Assembly (NCBI GenBank): GCA_029259795.1
Contig: JAJDEM010000052.1
Span: forward strand, 1 to 43,273
From: Planctomycetota bacterium
GTDB lineage: Bacteria > Planctomycetota > PLA2 > JAEUHO01
Direction of reading: 5' to 3'
Length of the DNA stretch: 43,273 nt
Position 1 is the stretch's first letter. The number at the start of each line of letters is the position of its first letter. The position numbers were made by a program, and so were the translations under genes. A model generated the notes under the pieces. That model saw only the letters and a list, made by a program, of their open reading frames with translations. It did not search any database and was not told the origin of the DNA. This document shows positions 35,065 through 43,273 of this stretch, one piece after another.

Positions 35065-36093
35065 ATGAGCCAGATCACGGTAGACAAGTTGTTGGAGAAC
35101 GGCGTCCACTTCGGCCACCGCGCAAGCCGGTGGAACCCGAAGATGAAGCCGTACATCCACGGCAAGCGGAACGCCATCCACATCATCAACCTCGAGGAGA
35201 CCGTACGCGGTCTCGTGCGTGCGACGCACTACCTCGAGAAGGTCGTTGCCGACGGTGGCCGCGTCCTCTGGGTCGGCACGAAGCGCTCTGCGAAGGAAGC
35301 CGTTCGCACGGTCGCCCGTCGCACGAAGCACCCCTTCGTCACCGAGCGCTGGCTTGGCGGCACGCTCACCAACTTCCGTACGATCCGCAGCCGCCTCGGG
35401 CGCCTGACCGAGATCGAGGACATGGAAGCCAAGGGCATCTTGACCGCCCTCAAGAAGAAGGAGCAGGCGCGCATCCGCAACGAGCGCAAGAAGCTCCTGA
35501 AGAACCTCGAAGGCATCCGCGATCTCGAGACGCTCCCCGCGTGCCTCGTGGTTGTGGATCCGAAGAGCGAGCACATCGCGGTGGCCGAGGCCAACAAGAT
35601 GCGCATCCCTGTCATCGCCATCCTCGACACCGACTGTGACCCCGATGTGGTCGACGTCGCGATCCCCGGCAACGACGACGCCATGCGTTCGGTCAGCACG
35701 ATCCTCGATCTGCTCGCCGTCGGCGTCGAAGAGGGTACGAAGGTCTGGGCCGTGGTCGAGGCGGAGCAGGAACGCGCCGCCGAGGCTCAGCGTGCCGAAG
35801 CCGAGCAGCGCCGCCAGCAGGAGCGCCAGCGTCAGCAGGTCACCGAGGACTGGCAGCGCAAGCTGCGCGAGGATGCCGCCGGCGGAGGCAATGATGCCGC
35901 TGCAGCGGATGCCGCTCCGACGGAGACTCCGGCCGCGGACGCCCCCAAGGCCAAGGCAGAGCCCAAGGCCAAGGCAGAGCCCAAGGCAAAGGCCAAGGCA
36001 AAGCCCAAGGCCAAGGCAGAGCCCGCGGCTGCCGAAGCCCCCAAGGCTGATGAGGCCCCCGAGGCCAGCGACGACAAGGCCTCCGCCTCGTAG
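35065..36093 (+). CDS. rpsB: 30S ribosomal protein S2 with ~100-aa charged/low-complexity C-terminal extension
   Basis: From ORF 35041..36093, trimmed to the ATG at 35065 (MSQITVDKLLENGVHFGHRASRWNPKMKPYI). The tail contains KAKAEPKAKAEPKAKAKAKPKAKAEP. Confidence 0.95.
   Translation: MSQITVDKLLENGVHFGHRASRWNPKMKPYIHGKRNAIHIINLEETVRGLVRATHYLEKVVADGGRVLWVGTKRSAKEAVRTVARRTKHPFVTERWLGGTLTNFRTIRSRLGRLTEIEDMEAKGILTALKKKEQARIRNERKKLLKNLEGIRDLETLPACLVVVDPKSEHIAVAEANKMRIPVIAILDTDCDPDVVDVAIPGNDDAMRSVSTILDLLAVGVEEGTKVWAVVEAEQERAAEAQRAEAEQRRQQERQRQQVTEDWQRKLREDAAGGGNDAAAADAAPTETPAADAPKAKAEPKAKAEPKAKAKAKPKAKAEPAAAEAPKADEAPEASDDKASAS
35946..36024 (+). repeat. Coding tandem repeat (approx. 18-nt units) encoding (KAKAEP)n in the S2 tail
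   Basis: aaggccaaggcagagccc repeated with variants. Read directly from the sequence. Confidence 0.85.
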
Positions 36094-36187
36094 TCCGGTC
36101 CCCCGGCCCGAACAGTTCCGATTCCCCTGGGCCCGGTCCCTCGCACACGCTGGGGCAGCCCGAAGAACGATTGCGGAGACGTACGCG

Positions 36188-37033
36188 ATGGAGATCAGCG
36201 CCAAGCAGGTCATGGAGCTCCGGCAGGCCAGCGGCATGCCGATGATGCAGTGCAAGAAGGCACTCATCGAAGCCGATGGCGATTTCGAGAAGGCCATGGA
36301 CAGCCTTCGCAAGTTGGGCCTCAAGACGGCCGAGAAGCGCGCGGGTCGTGCGACCGGTGACGGCCTGCTTGCCGTGCGTCTTGCCGACGACGGCAAGACG
36401 GGCACCATGGTGCTCGTCCTCTGCGAGACCGAGCCGGTCAAGAACACGCCCAAGTTCGTCGAGTACGTCGAGAAGCTCGCCGACCTCGCGGATGCCCAGG
36501 GCATCGACAGCCTCGAGGCGCTCTGCGCCGCCGACTTCGGTGACGGCGAGACGGCCGAGTCGGCGCTGCGTGCGCTGGTCGGCCTCATCGGCGAGAACAT
36601 GCAGATCGGTTCCGTCGCCCGCTTCACGGTCGAGGGGGACGGTGCCGTCGGCGCCTACATCCACAACGACAGGAAGCAGGGCGCGCTCGTCGCCATCAAG
36701 GGCAAGGACGACGGCCAGGTCGCCAAGGATGTGTGCCAGCACATCGTCTTCGCGAAGCCCGCCGTGCTCGACCGCACTGCGATCGATCAGGCCGAAGTCG
36801 ACAAGGAGCTCACCTTCTTGCGCGAGCAGATCGCCGAAGATGCGTCCATGCAGGGCAAGCCCGAGCAGGCCATCGAGGGCATCATCCAGGGGCGCCTGAA
36901 CAAGAACTTCTTCGGTCAGCGCGTGCTCAACGAGCAGGGCTGGTACCGCGAAGACTCCAAGCAGGTTGCCAAGGTCCTCGAGGAGCGCGGCTGCTCCATT
37001 CAGGACTTCAAGCACTTCGCCCCGGGGGCGTAG
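36188..37033 (+). CDS. tsf: Translation elongation factor Ts
   Basis: The ATG at 36188 lies within open frame 35552..37033. N-terminus: MEISAKQVMELRQASGMPMMQCKKALIEADGDFEKAMDSLRK. 281 aa. Confidence 0.95.
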   Translation: MEISAKQVMELRQASGMPMMQCKKALIEADGDFEKAMDSLRKLGLKTAEKRAGRATGDGLLAVRLADDGKTGTMVLVLCETEPVKNTPKFVEYVEKLADLADAQGIDSLEALCAADFGDGETAESALRALVGLIGENMQIGSVARFTVEGDGAVGAYIHNDRKQGALVAIKGKDDGQVAKDVCQHIVFAKPAVLDRTAIDQAEVDKELTFLREQIAEDASMQGKPEQAIEGIIQGRLNKNFFGQRVLNEQGWYREDSKQVAKVLEERGCSIQDFKHFAPGA

Positions 37034-37037
37034 GTCC

Positions 37038-37787
37038 ATGGGCGACGGGCCCCGCTGGAAGCGCGTCCTCTTGAAGGTCTCAGGTGAGGCCTTCGCGGGA
37101 ACGTCCGGCAAGCCCGTCGACGCCGCCGGCGTGCGCTCGCTCGCGGGCAGCATCGCCGCCGCGCATCGCTTGGGAGTCGAGGTCGCCGTCGTCAACGGCG
37201 GCGGCAACATCCTGCGTGGTGCCCAGACCAGCATCGACGGCCTCGGCCGTTCGACGGCGGACTACATGGGCATGCTCGCCACTGTGATCAACGCGCTGGC
37301 GCTGCAGGACCTCCTCACCGACATGGGCGTCCCGTCGCGGGTGCTCTCGGCCATCGAAATGAAGGCGGTCGCGGAGCCCTACATCCGGCTGCGCTGCATC
37401 CGCCACCTCGAAAAGGGACGGGTCGTGATCCTCGCGGGCGGCACCGGCATGCCGTACTTCAGCACCGACACCACCTCGGCCCTGCGCGGTACGGAGATCG
37501 GTGCCGAGGTGCTTCTCAAGGGCACGCAGGTCGATGGGGTCTACGACAAGGACCCCAAGGTCCACAGCGACGCCGTGCGCTTCGAGCGCCTGACCTACGA
37601 TGACGCCCTGCGGCGCAACCTACGCGTCATGGATCGGACGGCCTTCACGCTCTGCGAGGAGAACGGCCTCCCCATCGTCGTCTTCGACATGGGGGTCGAG
37701 GGCAATCTGGTGCGTGTGCTCGAAGGCGAGCCGCTGGGTACCATGGTGAGCATGGCGGCGTCGGATGCCGCGGAGGTTGAGGCATGA
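37038..37787 (+). CDS. pyrH: UMP kinase
   Basis: The ATG at 37038 lies within ORF 36966..37787. Motifs: RVLLKVSGEAF, VVNGGGNILRG, YMGMLATVINALAL, GTGMPYFSTDT. Confidence 0.95.
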   Translation: MGDGPRWKRVLLKVSGEAFAGTSGKPVDAAGVRSLAGSIAAAHRLGVEVAVVNGGGNILRGAQTSIDGLGRSTADYMGMLATVINALALQDLLTDMGVPSRVLSAIEMKAVAEPYIRLRCIRHLEKGRVVILAGGTGMPYFSTDTTSALRGTEIGAEVLLKGTQVDGVYDKDPKVHSDAVRFERLTYDDALRRNLRVMDRTAFTLCEENGLPIVVFDMGVEGNLVRVLEGEPLGTMVSMAASDAAEVEA

Positions 37788-38344
37788 GCGCGGACGACAT
37801 CCTGATGGACACCGAGGAGCGCATGGACCAAGCGGTCCAGCACCTCACCGGCGAGCTGAGCGGCCTGCGCTCGGGTCGCGCGAGCCCCGCCCTGGTCGAC
37901 AAGCTCCAGGTGCCGGCCTACGGCGTGGACACGCCGCTCGCGAACCTTGCGCAGATCGGCTGCCCCGAACCGCGCCAGATCATGATCAAGCCGTACGACG
38001 CCTCGATCATCAAGGACATCGAACGCGCCATCCAGGCCTCGGATCTCGGGCTGAACCCGAGCTCGGACGGCAAGGTCTTGCGCCTCAACCTGCCGCCGCT
38101 CTCCGAAGAGCGCCGCAAGCAGCTCGCCAAGGTCGTCAAGGACAACGGCGAGAAGGCCAACATCGCCGTCCGCAACGTGCGCCGCGACGCCAACAAGAGC
38201 GCGGACGCCGCCCAGAAGGACAAGGCCCTCACCGAGGACGAGTGCGAGCGGCTCAAGAAGGAGATCCAGGATCTCACCAAGAGCCACGAGACGCGCATCA
38301 GCGACATGACCGGGAAGAAGATCAAAGACCTGATGGAGGTCTGA
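37784..38344 (+). CDS. frr: Ribosome recycling factor
   Basis: The ATG overlaps the pyrH stop (ATGA). 186 aa, with LSGLRSGRASPALVDKLQV...IKPYD...LNLPPLSEERRKQL. Confidence 0.95.
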   Translation: MSADDILMDTEERMDQAVQHLTGELSGLRSGRASPALVDKLQVPAYGVDTPLANLAQIGCPEPRQIMIKPYDASIIKDIERAIQASDLGLNPSSDGKVLRLNLPPLSEERRKQLAKVVKDNGEKANIAVRNVRRDANKSADAAQKDKALTEDECERLKKEIQDLTKSHETRISDMTGKKIKDLMEV

Positions 38345-38360
38345 TCACCACCGCCTGGGA

Positions 38361-40133
38361 CTACTTGTCTCCGGTGATGGGTGCCCCCAGCGGACTCGTG
38401 CCACGCTTGAGGAACAGCAGCGCGAAGCACGTCGGCGGCGTCGCATCGCCGCCCTTGTCGTTCCAGTCGCCTTTCGTCTCGCCCTGGCGGTGGATCAGCT
38501 GCAGCGCACCCTCGAAGTACCAGTCCTTGCCGCCGACGCGCTTGACCTGGTCGAGTACCGCGGCCCGCTCGAGGCTGTAGAGGTAGTACCAGTACCAGCC
38601 GTGACTCGGGTGGGCGGCGTTGCGATCCATCGCCCAGTGGTGATCGAGCCATGCCCAGCCCGCGAGGATCAGCGCGGCGACGGCCTTCTCCATCTTGCGA
38701 TCGAACTTCTTGCTCTGCATGGCGCGGAGCTCATGGCGCGCGATCAGCAGCATCGTGATGCCGGCACAGGTCATGCTCGCACTCACATGGCCGTGGGACT
38801 CGACCGTGGAGTAGCGAAAGCCTGCGACCCGCGGCACAGGTAGGACGCCGAGGCGATGCGAGCTGGCCTCGTCGGGGATCGCCGCACCCTGGCGCACCAC
38901 GGAGACCTCGCCCTTCGGGCCCTTGCGCTCCTGCACCTCGTGGCAGTGCCGGATGACGCCGAGCCAGGTGCGCTCGGCGACCCTGTGACCCAGGTGTCCT
39001 GCCGCACGAAGGCCAAGGACTGCGTACTGGGTGTTGGATGTGTCAAAGCGCAGGATCGAGCGCGGGGGAGCAGGGTAGCCCCAGGAGCCACCGCCGCCCG
39101 TGGCGCTCTTCTCCAAGGCCTGGGCGGTCCGCCGGACCCAGGCCATGCGTGTGGGCGGCAGAGCGCGCTCGAAGGCGAGGATCGGTCGGCCCGCCTCCAG
39201 GCACGCGAGCTCCGAGGCGGGCGTGTACGCGCGGTCGATGGCCATGAGGCAGGTGGCCTGCTCGTAGGTGAACTTGGCCTCCTGCGAGAAGATCCAGTCG
39301 AGCGCTCGTGCGACGTTCTCTTCCTCGCGGGGCACGCCGCAGGCGAGCAGGGTCAGCACGGCCAGCGCCGTGGTGCCGAGGGTGTACTTGCCGTGGGGCT
39401 TCCAGGTGCCGTCTTCCTTCTGCTGCCCGCGCAGGTGCTTCAGGCCGCGGTCGATGGCCGCGTCGACCTGCTTCTGGAAGTCCTCCGGACGTCGGCGCTC
39501 GATGGCCTTCAGCCGCAGCTCGTAGGCGCGCTTGGCCTTCAGGATCGCGGCCGGGCCGTTCTTTGACAGGTCCTCGCGCTTGTAGGCGAGTGCGATCTTC
39601 GCGCTACGCACGACGCCCTCGTCGAGGTCGAACTCGAGCGTCGTGTTTGCCGTGCCGTCATCGAACCAGAACTGGTCGCCCCGGCGCACCTTGCCGCGTG
39701 ACTTGAACGTGAAGCTTCCGGCGATCTTGATGATGCGCGCGCCCACCTCGGTGATGCCGACCGTGCCCTTGATGCGCAGGTTCGCTGCGTCTTTCGCCTT
39801 CCAGTCCAACTTCACGGCGGTCGACTTCGCCCCCGGCGCGGGCAGACGCAGGGCGAGGAGCTGAAACAGGTCGCCTCGAACGGCAGACGCTGGGCTGTAC
39901 TGCGCCCCATCGCGCAGGTCGTGGCCATGGACCGTGACGATCTTGGTGGCGCCCTTCTTGTCGCGTCCGGCCTTGCGGCTCGTGACCGTCCGCTCGTAGC
40001 GCAAGAAGTCCGAGCGACCCAGCCTCCAGCGCACCGCGTCCTGGGCGCTCGCTTCGCGGGCGGGGAGCGTGACCAGCGCGGGGCTGGCGAGTAGGGCGAG
40101 CACGACGAGGGTGGGGGGCAAGCGGCGCAGCAT
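38361..40133 (-). CDS. Secreted protein with prenyltransferase / squalene-oxidase-type (alpha/alpha toroid) repeats
   Basis: From ORF 38361..40199(-), trimmed to the ATG at 40131-40133. Signal peptide: MLRRLPPTLVVLALLASPALV. Repeat signatures: DGTWKPHGKYTLGTTALAVLTLLACG, GGGSWGYP, NTQYAVLGLRAAGHLG, SMTCAGITMLLIA, WYWYYLYSLERA, KGDWNDKG...TCFALLFLKRGT. Confidence 0.8.
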   Translation of the reverse strand: MLRRLPPTLVVLALLASPALVTLPAREASAQDAVRWRLGRSDFLRYERTVTSRKAGRDKKGATKIVTVHGHDLRDGAQYSPASAVRGDLFQLLALRLPAPGAKSTAVKLDWKAKDAANLRIKGTVGITEVGARIIKIAGSFTFKSRGKVRRGDQFWFDDGTANTTLEFDLDEGVVRSAKIALAYKREDLSKNGPAAILKAKRAYELRLKAIERRRPEDFQKQVDAAIDRGLKHLRGQQKEDGTWKPHGKYTLGTTALAVLTLLACGVPREEENVARALDWIFSQEAKFTYEQATCLMAIDRAYTPASELACLEAGRPILAFERALPPTRMAWVRRTAQALEKSATGGGGSWGYPAPPRSILRFDTSNTQYAVLGLRAAGHLGHRVAERTWLGVIRHCHEVQERKGPKGEVSVVRQGAAIPDEASSHRLGVLPVPRVAGFRYSTVESHGHVSASMTCAGITMLLIARHELRAMQSKKFDRKMEKAVAALILAGWAWLDHHWAMDRNAAHPSHGWYWYYLYSLERAAVLDQVKRVGGKDWYFEGALQLIHRQGETKGDWNDKGGDATPPTCFALLFLKRGTSPLGAPITGDK

Positions 40134-40197
40134 GCGATCCGATTGTAGCCGAGCGGCCTTTCGCTTCACAGCCGCCCCGCCCGTAGGCTGCGACGGC

Positions 40198-41103
40198 ATG
40201 AGCGACTTCCGAGCCTACTGCGATGACCTTCTCGTCCGGGCCCGCGGCGCGGGTTGGGAGGTGATCACCGAGAAGGCGATTCCCTACGGCCGGCAGTACC
40301 ACCTGAGCCAGCCGGGTAGCGAGAACGCCGTCTTGAGTTGCTATCACGGCAAGAAGGGCTTCAAGTTCGTCCCGGGCGGCAAGGCTGCAGACGCACTGGT
40401 GGCGACGCTGGGTGGGGCCGCGCCGATGCGGGCCGGCGGGACGGCTGCGGCTGGCGCGGGCGACCCCTTCGAGCTGGGCACACCCCGCATCGGCGCCGAC
40501 GAGTCCGGCAAGGGCGACTACTTCGGTCCGCTGGTGACCGCCGCCTACCGCCTCGACGACGGCGGCCTCGCGCAACTCCGCGCGCTGGGCGTAACGGACA
40601 GCAAGGCTCTCGCCGACAGCCGGATCGAGCGCATCGCGGGCGAACTCGAAGCCACGGGCCATGGCGAGGTCGAGGTTCTCATGCCGCGGGACTACAACCC
40701 GCGCTACGCCGAGATCGGCAACATCAACACCTTGCTCTCGCTCATGCACGGAGCCTGCATCCGGCGACTGCACGAGCGGACGGGCACGCCCGGCGCGGTC
40801 ATCGTCGATCAGTACGCGCGCAACACCGTCATCCTCGAGCGCGAGGCGCATCTGCCGTCCGGGACCCGCTTTGCGACCCGCACCAAGGGCGAGGCGGACC
40901 CCGCCGTCGCCGCCGCAAGCATCCTCGCCCGGGCCGGGTTCGTCCGTGGACTGCGGGAGCTGAGTCACGAGTTCGGGATGACCCTGCCGCCGGGCGCCGG
41001 TTCGCCCGTTCTGCGTGGCGGCTCGACGTTCATCCGGACGTTCGGTCGCGAAGCCCTGGCGGATGTGGCCAAGCTCCACTTTGCGACGTCCAGCAAGATC
41101 TAG
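40198..41103 (+). CDS. rnhC: Ribonuclease HIII
   Basis: The ATG at 40198 lies within ORF 40069..41103. The ~85-aa N-terminal domain has CYHGKKGFKFVPGG. The catalytic core has IGADESGKGDYFGPLV, VTDSKAL and KGEADPAVAAASILAR, a pattern typical of RNase HIII. 301 aa. Confidence 0.82.
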   Translation: MSDFRAYCDDLLVRARGAGWEVITEKAIPYGRQYHLSQPGSENAVLSCYHGKKGFKFVPGGKAADALVATLGGAAPMRAGGTAAAGAGDPFELGTPRIGADESGKGDYFGPLVTAAYRLDDGGLAQLRALGVTDSKALADSRIERIAGELEATGHGEVEVLMPRDYNPRYAEIGNINTLLSLMHGACIRRLHERTGTPGAVIVDQYARNTVILEREAHLPSGTRFATRTKGEADPAVAAASILARAGFVRGLRELSHEFGMTLPPGAGSPVLRGGSTFIRTFGREALADVAKLHFATSSKI

Positions 41104-41154
41104 GCTCGCTCCGGGCGGCGCGTTTTCCGGCAAACCCTGGGCTCACCGGGTAGG

Positions 41155-42612
41155 TTGAGCCCCGTGCAGCGCCGTCGACTCCCGTTCGTTCTGGGCCTTC
41201 TCGGGTCCGCCTTGCTCGTGCTGACAGTCTTCACGGCGCCTACCCGAGCCGACGACGCTTCGGATGCGCGCCAGGACTTCCGCGCCGAGATGAAGGATCC
41301 GAACTGGAAGGTCCGCCGGGGCGCGTTCGCCATGCTCCTCGACTACGACGGCAAGAAGGCCATGCTGGAGTGCCTTTCGTCGATCCAGAAGAAGGGCGAG
41401 AACCCCGCCGTGGTGCTCGCCGGGATCAAGGCGCTCGCGTCGTTTGAGAGCGAAGACGCGCGTACGGCCATGCTGGCCGAGCTGAAGCGCGCGAAGGCCA
41501 CCAAGGCGAGCCTCCTCCTGATGGCGTTGGCGGAGCAGAAGGGGCACCACGGTGTGCCCGAGTTGATCACGCTGCTCGGATCGAAGGACTCCATGCTCGC
41601 GGCGTTGGCCGCGCGCGCGCTGGGCGCGAAGAAGGCACCTCAGGCCACCGCTGCACTCGTACTCGCCTTGGGTCACAAGAGCTGGCAGGTGCAGGCCGGT
41701 GCCGCGCGTGCGTTCAAGGCCTGGGCCTGGTCGGACAAGACCAAGCCCGACAAGCAGACCGGCAAGCCTCCTGAGCCCAAGATGCCCGACTGGTTCGAGC
41801 TCACGACGATCCAGTGGGCGCTTGTCGATGCCTTGGAGCATGCCGAAGGGGTCGTGCGAGGCGACGTGATCGAGGCGCTCGAGTTCATCGCCAAGAAGGA
41901 CTACGGCGACAACTGGGCCGCTTGGGTTGCCCACGCCAAGGGGGAGGAAGTCTCCGACGCCTTGCTCAAGAAGCGCGTCTGGCCGCCGCACTTCTTCGGC
42001 CTTCCGATCTACGGTCGGCGCATCGTGGTCGTGATGGATGCGAATGTGCTCACCGACCGCGAGCACCCCTTCAAGGATCGCGACCGACTGCAGGCGCTCT
42101 GCGAGAACCCCGGCCGTGCCGGGCTGCCGTGGCACAAGATCAAGTCGGTGAAGCACTTCAACGACGCCTGGGTCCGTCGCTTCCTCCGGGACCTGCCCAG
42201 CAAGGACGTCCAGTTCGACCTGATCTTCTCTGGGCTCAAGCCGCGCTCGGTCTTTGGCAGGCTCAAGCCGGTCAACAACGGCACGAGGGCAGCCGCGCTC
42301 GAAGACCTCGACAAGTCGCCCGTGGAGAACGGAAACGACATCTTCACGGCCATGAACCTCGCCCTGGACATCGCCGGTCGAAAGGACTCGGTGGCATGGA
42401 CCAAGGGCCCGGATGTGGTCTGCTGCGTCTACTCCAGCATCCCCTGGGAGGCCGAGGAGACGGACGCGGAGGTCGTCGGAGCGGCTATCGGCCTCAAGGC
42501 CCGGCGCCGGATGGTTCGGATCCAGGCCGTGGGGGTCCACGAGTTCGCCTATGCGATGATGAAGCTCTTCGCAGCCGAGAGCGGCGGGACCTACCGGGAA
42601 CTCATCAAGTAG
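41155..42612 (+). CDS. Secreted HEAT-repeat protein with C-terminal VWA-like domain lacking a canonical MIDAS (hypothetical)
   Basis: Start at TTG 41155 or GTG 41164. Signal peptide: LPFVLGLLGSALLVLTVFTAPTRA. HEAT units: DPNWKVRRGAFAMLL and HKSWQVQAGAARAF. The C-terminus (RRIVVVMDANVLT...NDIFTAMNLALDIAG...VVCCVYSSIP...VRIQAVGV) follows a VWA-like beta-alpha pattern without DxSxS. Confidence 0.72.
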   Translation: MSPVQRRRLPFVLGLLGSALLVLTVFTAPTRADDASDARQDFRAEMKDPNWKVRRGAFAMLLDYDGKKAMLECLSSIQKKGENPAVVLAGIKALASFESEDARTAMLAELKRAKATKASLLLMALAEQKGHHGVPELITLLGSKDSMLAALAARALGAKKAPQATAALVLALGHKSWQVQAGAARAFKAWAWSDKTKPDKQTGKPPEPKMPDWFELTTIQWALVDALEHAEGVVRGDVIEALEFIAKKDYGDNWAAWVAHAKGEEVSDALLKKRVWPPHFFGLPIYGRRIVVVMDANVLTDREHPFKDRDRLQALCENPGRAGLPWHKIKSVKHFNDAWVRRFLRDLPSKDVQFDLIFSGLKPRSVFGRLKPVNNGTRAAALEDLDKSPVENGNDIFTAMNLALDIAGRKDSVAWTKGPDVVCCVYSSIPWEAEETDAEVVGAAIGLKARRRMVRIQAVGVHEFAYAMMKLFAAESGGTYRELIK

Positions 42613-42677
42613 CCCCAAGCGGCGTGGCGTGCGCCCTCCCTGGTATTCTGGGGCTGTCCACTCGTTGGGAGGCCGCC

Positions 42678-43273
42678 ATGGTCCGCATGACTTCACTCGC
42701 GCTGCTTCTGGCTCTCGTCGTGGGGGGGCTGCTCGCCCCGGCCAGCCTGGCCGAGGAGAAGAAGGCCGACGCCAAGCGCGCCGCGCCGACGCTCGCCTCG
42801 GACGAGGAGGTCGCCGAGGCCCTCGCCGCGTTCAAGGACGCCTACAAGGCGACCGGCCTCAAGGGTGATGACCGCGTCATGCAGCGCGACTTCGCGATGC
42901 GCAAGATCAACAAGCTGCACCACCCCGAGGTGATCAAGGCCCTCGGCAAGGTCTCCAAGAGCAGCGACGAGGATCTCCGCTTGATGGCGGTGATCTACCT
43001 CGGCGATCAGGTCGTGCTTCCGCACCTGGCGGCGCAGTACGTCCTCGGTGCCATGAAGAAGGGCAAGAAGGACCTCGTCATGCAGATGACGGGTCTCCAG
43101 GCGCTTGGCAGCCTGAAGTACCTCGGCGCCTCCCACCAGATCCGCGCCCTGCTCAAGCACAAGCACTTCGTGATCCGCAAGACGGCCATCTCCGCGATCG
43201 GCGACATCGGCGACAGCCGCATGCTCATCGACGTCCTCAAGGTTCTCGGCGTCAAGCTCGAGTCAGAGGGTGG
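42678..43273 (+). CDS. Secreted HEAT-repeat protein, 3'-truncated by the window edge (not in the supplied ORF track)
   Basis: The ATG at 42678 is preceded by gggagg. My own translation gives MVRMTSLALLLALVVGGLLAPASLAEEKKADAKR...HHPEVIKALGKVSKSSDEDLRLMAVIYLGDQ...HFVIRKTAISAIGDIGDSRML, open to the last base. The listed antisense ORF 42693..43166(-) is its shadow. Confidence 0.7.
   Translation, partial: MVRMTSLALLLALVVGGLLAPASLAEEKKADAKRAAPTLASDEEVAEALAAFKDAYKATGLKGDDRVMQRDFAMRKINKLHHPEVIKALGKVSKSSDEDLRLMAVIYLGDQVVLPHLAAQYVLGAMKKGKKDLVMQMTGLQALGSLKYLGASHQIRALLKHKHFVIRKTAISAIGDIGDSRMLIDVLKVLGVKLESEG

Noticed and set aside
3611-36024. Possible CRISPR arrays or non-coding satellite arrays among the tandem repeats at 3611-3715, 13505-13724, 25017-25052 and 35946-36024.
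   Set aside because: All have unit lengths divisible by three, no unique spacers, and lie inside well-supported reading frames. They are coding low-complexity repeats, not CRISPRs.
2591-40199. N-terminal extensions offered by the ORF track, for example 2591 (sigma), 3276 (anti-sigma), 5822 (recG), 11173 (SLT), 13841 (rho), 14625 (coaE), 14856, 17633 (ychF), 18367 (cinA), 24438 (rpsF), 27947 (bamA), 30964 (skp), 31983 (lpxA), 35041 (rpsB), 35552 (tsf), 36966 (pyrH), 40069 (rnhC), 40199.
   Set aside because: The upstream portions are Arg/Pro/Gly-rich non-protein-like sequence, often overlapping the preceding gene. Internal ATG or GTG codons give canonical N-termini, signal peptides or start/stop coupling, so I trimmed the coordinates.
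1500-42696. Many very long ORFs antisense or out of frame to the called genes, for example 1500..2762(-), 3174..4922(-), 5960..7303(-), 7337..8701(-), 8783..11278(-), 14979..16961(-), 17678..18922(-), 20635..21804(-), 21783..23051(-), 26442..28274(-), 28112..30664(-), 30694..32946(-), 32865..33971(-), 33800..34849(-), 34900..36627(-), 35840..37234(-), 39658..41133(-), 41143..42696(-).
   Set aside because: These are typical shadow ORFs of GC-rich DNA. Their translations are dominated by R/G/A/P/V/D/H runs with no recognisable motifs, while the opposite or alternative frame encodes unmistakable conserved proteins (RecG, BamA, LpxC, DnaB, S2 and others).

Overview
This is a very GC-rich bacterial chromosomal window. 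Third codon positions are almost all G/C, so long spurious antisense ORFs are everywhere. The content is mainly housekeeping genes of a diderm organism. The gene content suggests a Planctomycetota-like lineage: many secreted HEAT-repeat proteins, a prenyltransferase/terpene-cyclase-repeat protein, an lpxC-fabZ fusion and low-complexity tails on core proteins. This taxon call is inference only.

Order of called features:
- NPCBM-domain secreted protein (-)
- PP2C phosphatase
- ECF sigma factor with an overlapping anti-sigma factor
- small membrane ORF coupled to recG
- 1071-aa secreted HEAT protein plus a small SLT lytic transglycosylase
- coaE-rho (-)
- orphan membrane-anchored coiled-coil protein
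- tatC, ychF-like, cinA
- tRNA-Gln(UUG)
- small membrane ORF, glmU, prs
- rplY(ctc)-pth
- rpsF-rpsR-rplI-dnaB
- bamA-skp-lpxC/fabZ-lpxA-Gfo/Idh/MocA oxidoreductase
- rpsB-tsf-pyrH-frr
- secreted alpha/alpha-toroid protein (-)
- RNase HIII
- two more secreted HEAT proteins; the last is 3'-truncated and missing from the ORF track

I found no CRISPR array, transposase, integrase, prophage or recognisable defence genes. I cannot point to one clear novel system. The most unusual items are:
- the orphan TM/coiled-coil/BRCT-like protein
- Rho with a histone-H1-like N-terminal extension behind a long C-rich leader
- the anti-sigma factor with an in-frame 15-nt x7 repeat
- a 21-bp palindromic tandem repeat upstream of recG
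- a rearranged lipid-A cluster
- clusters of secreted HEAT, VWA-like and toroid proteins
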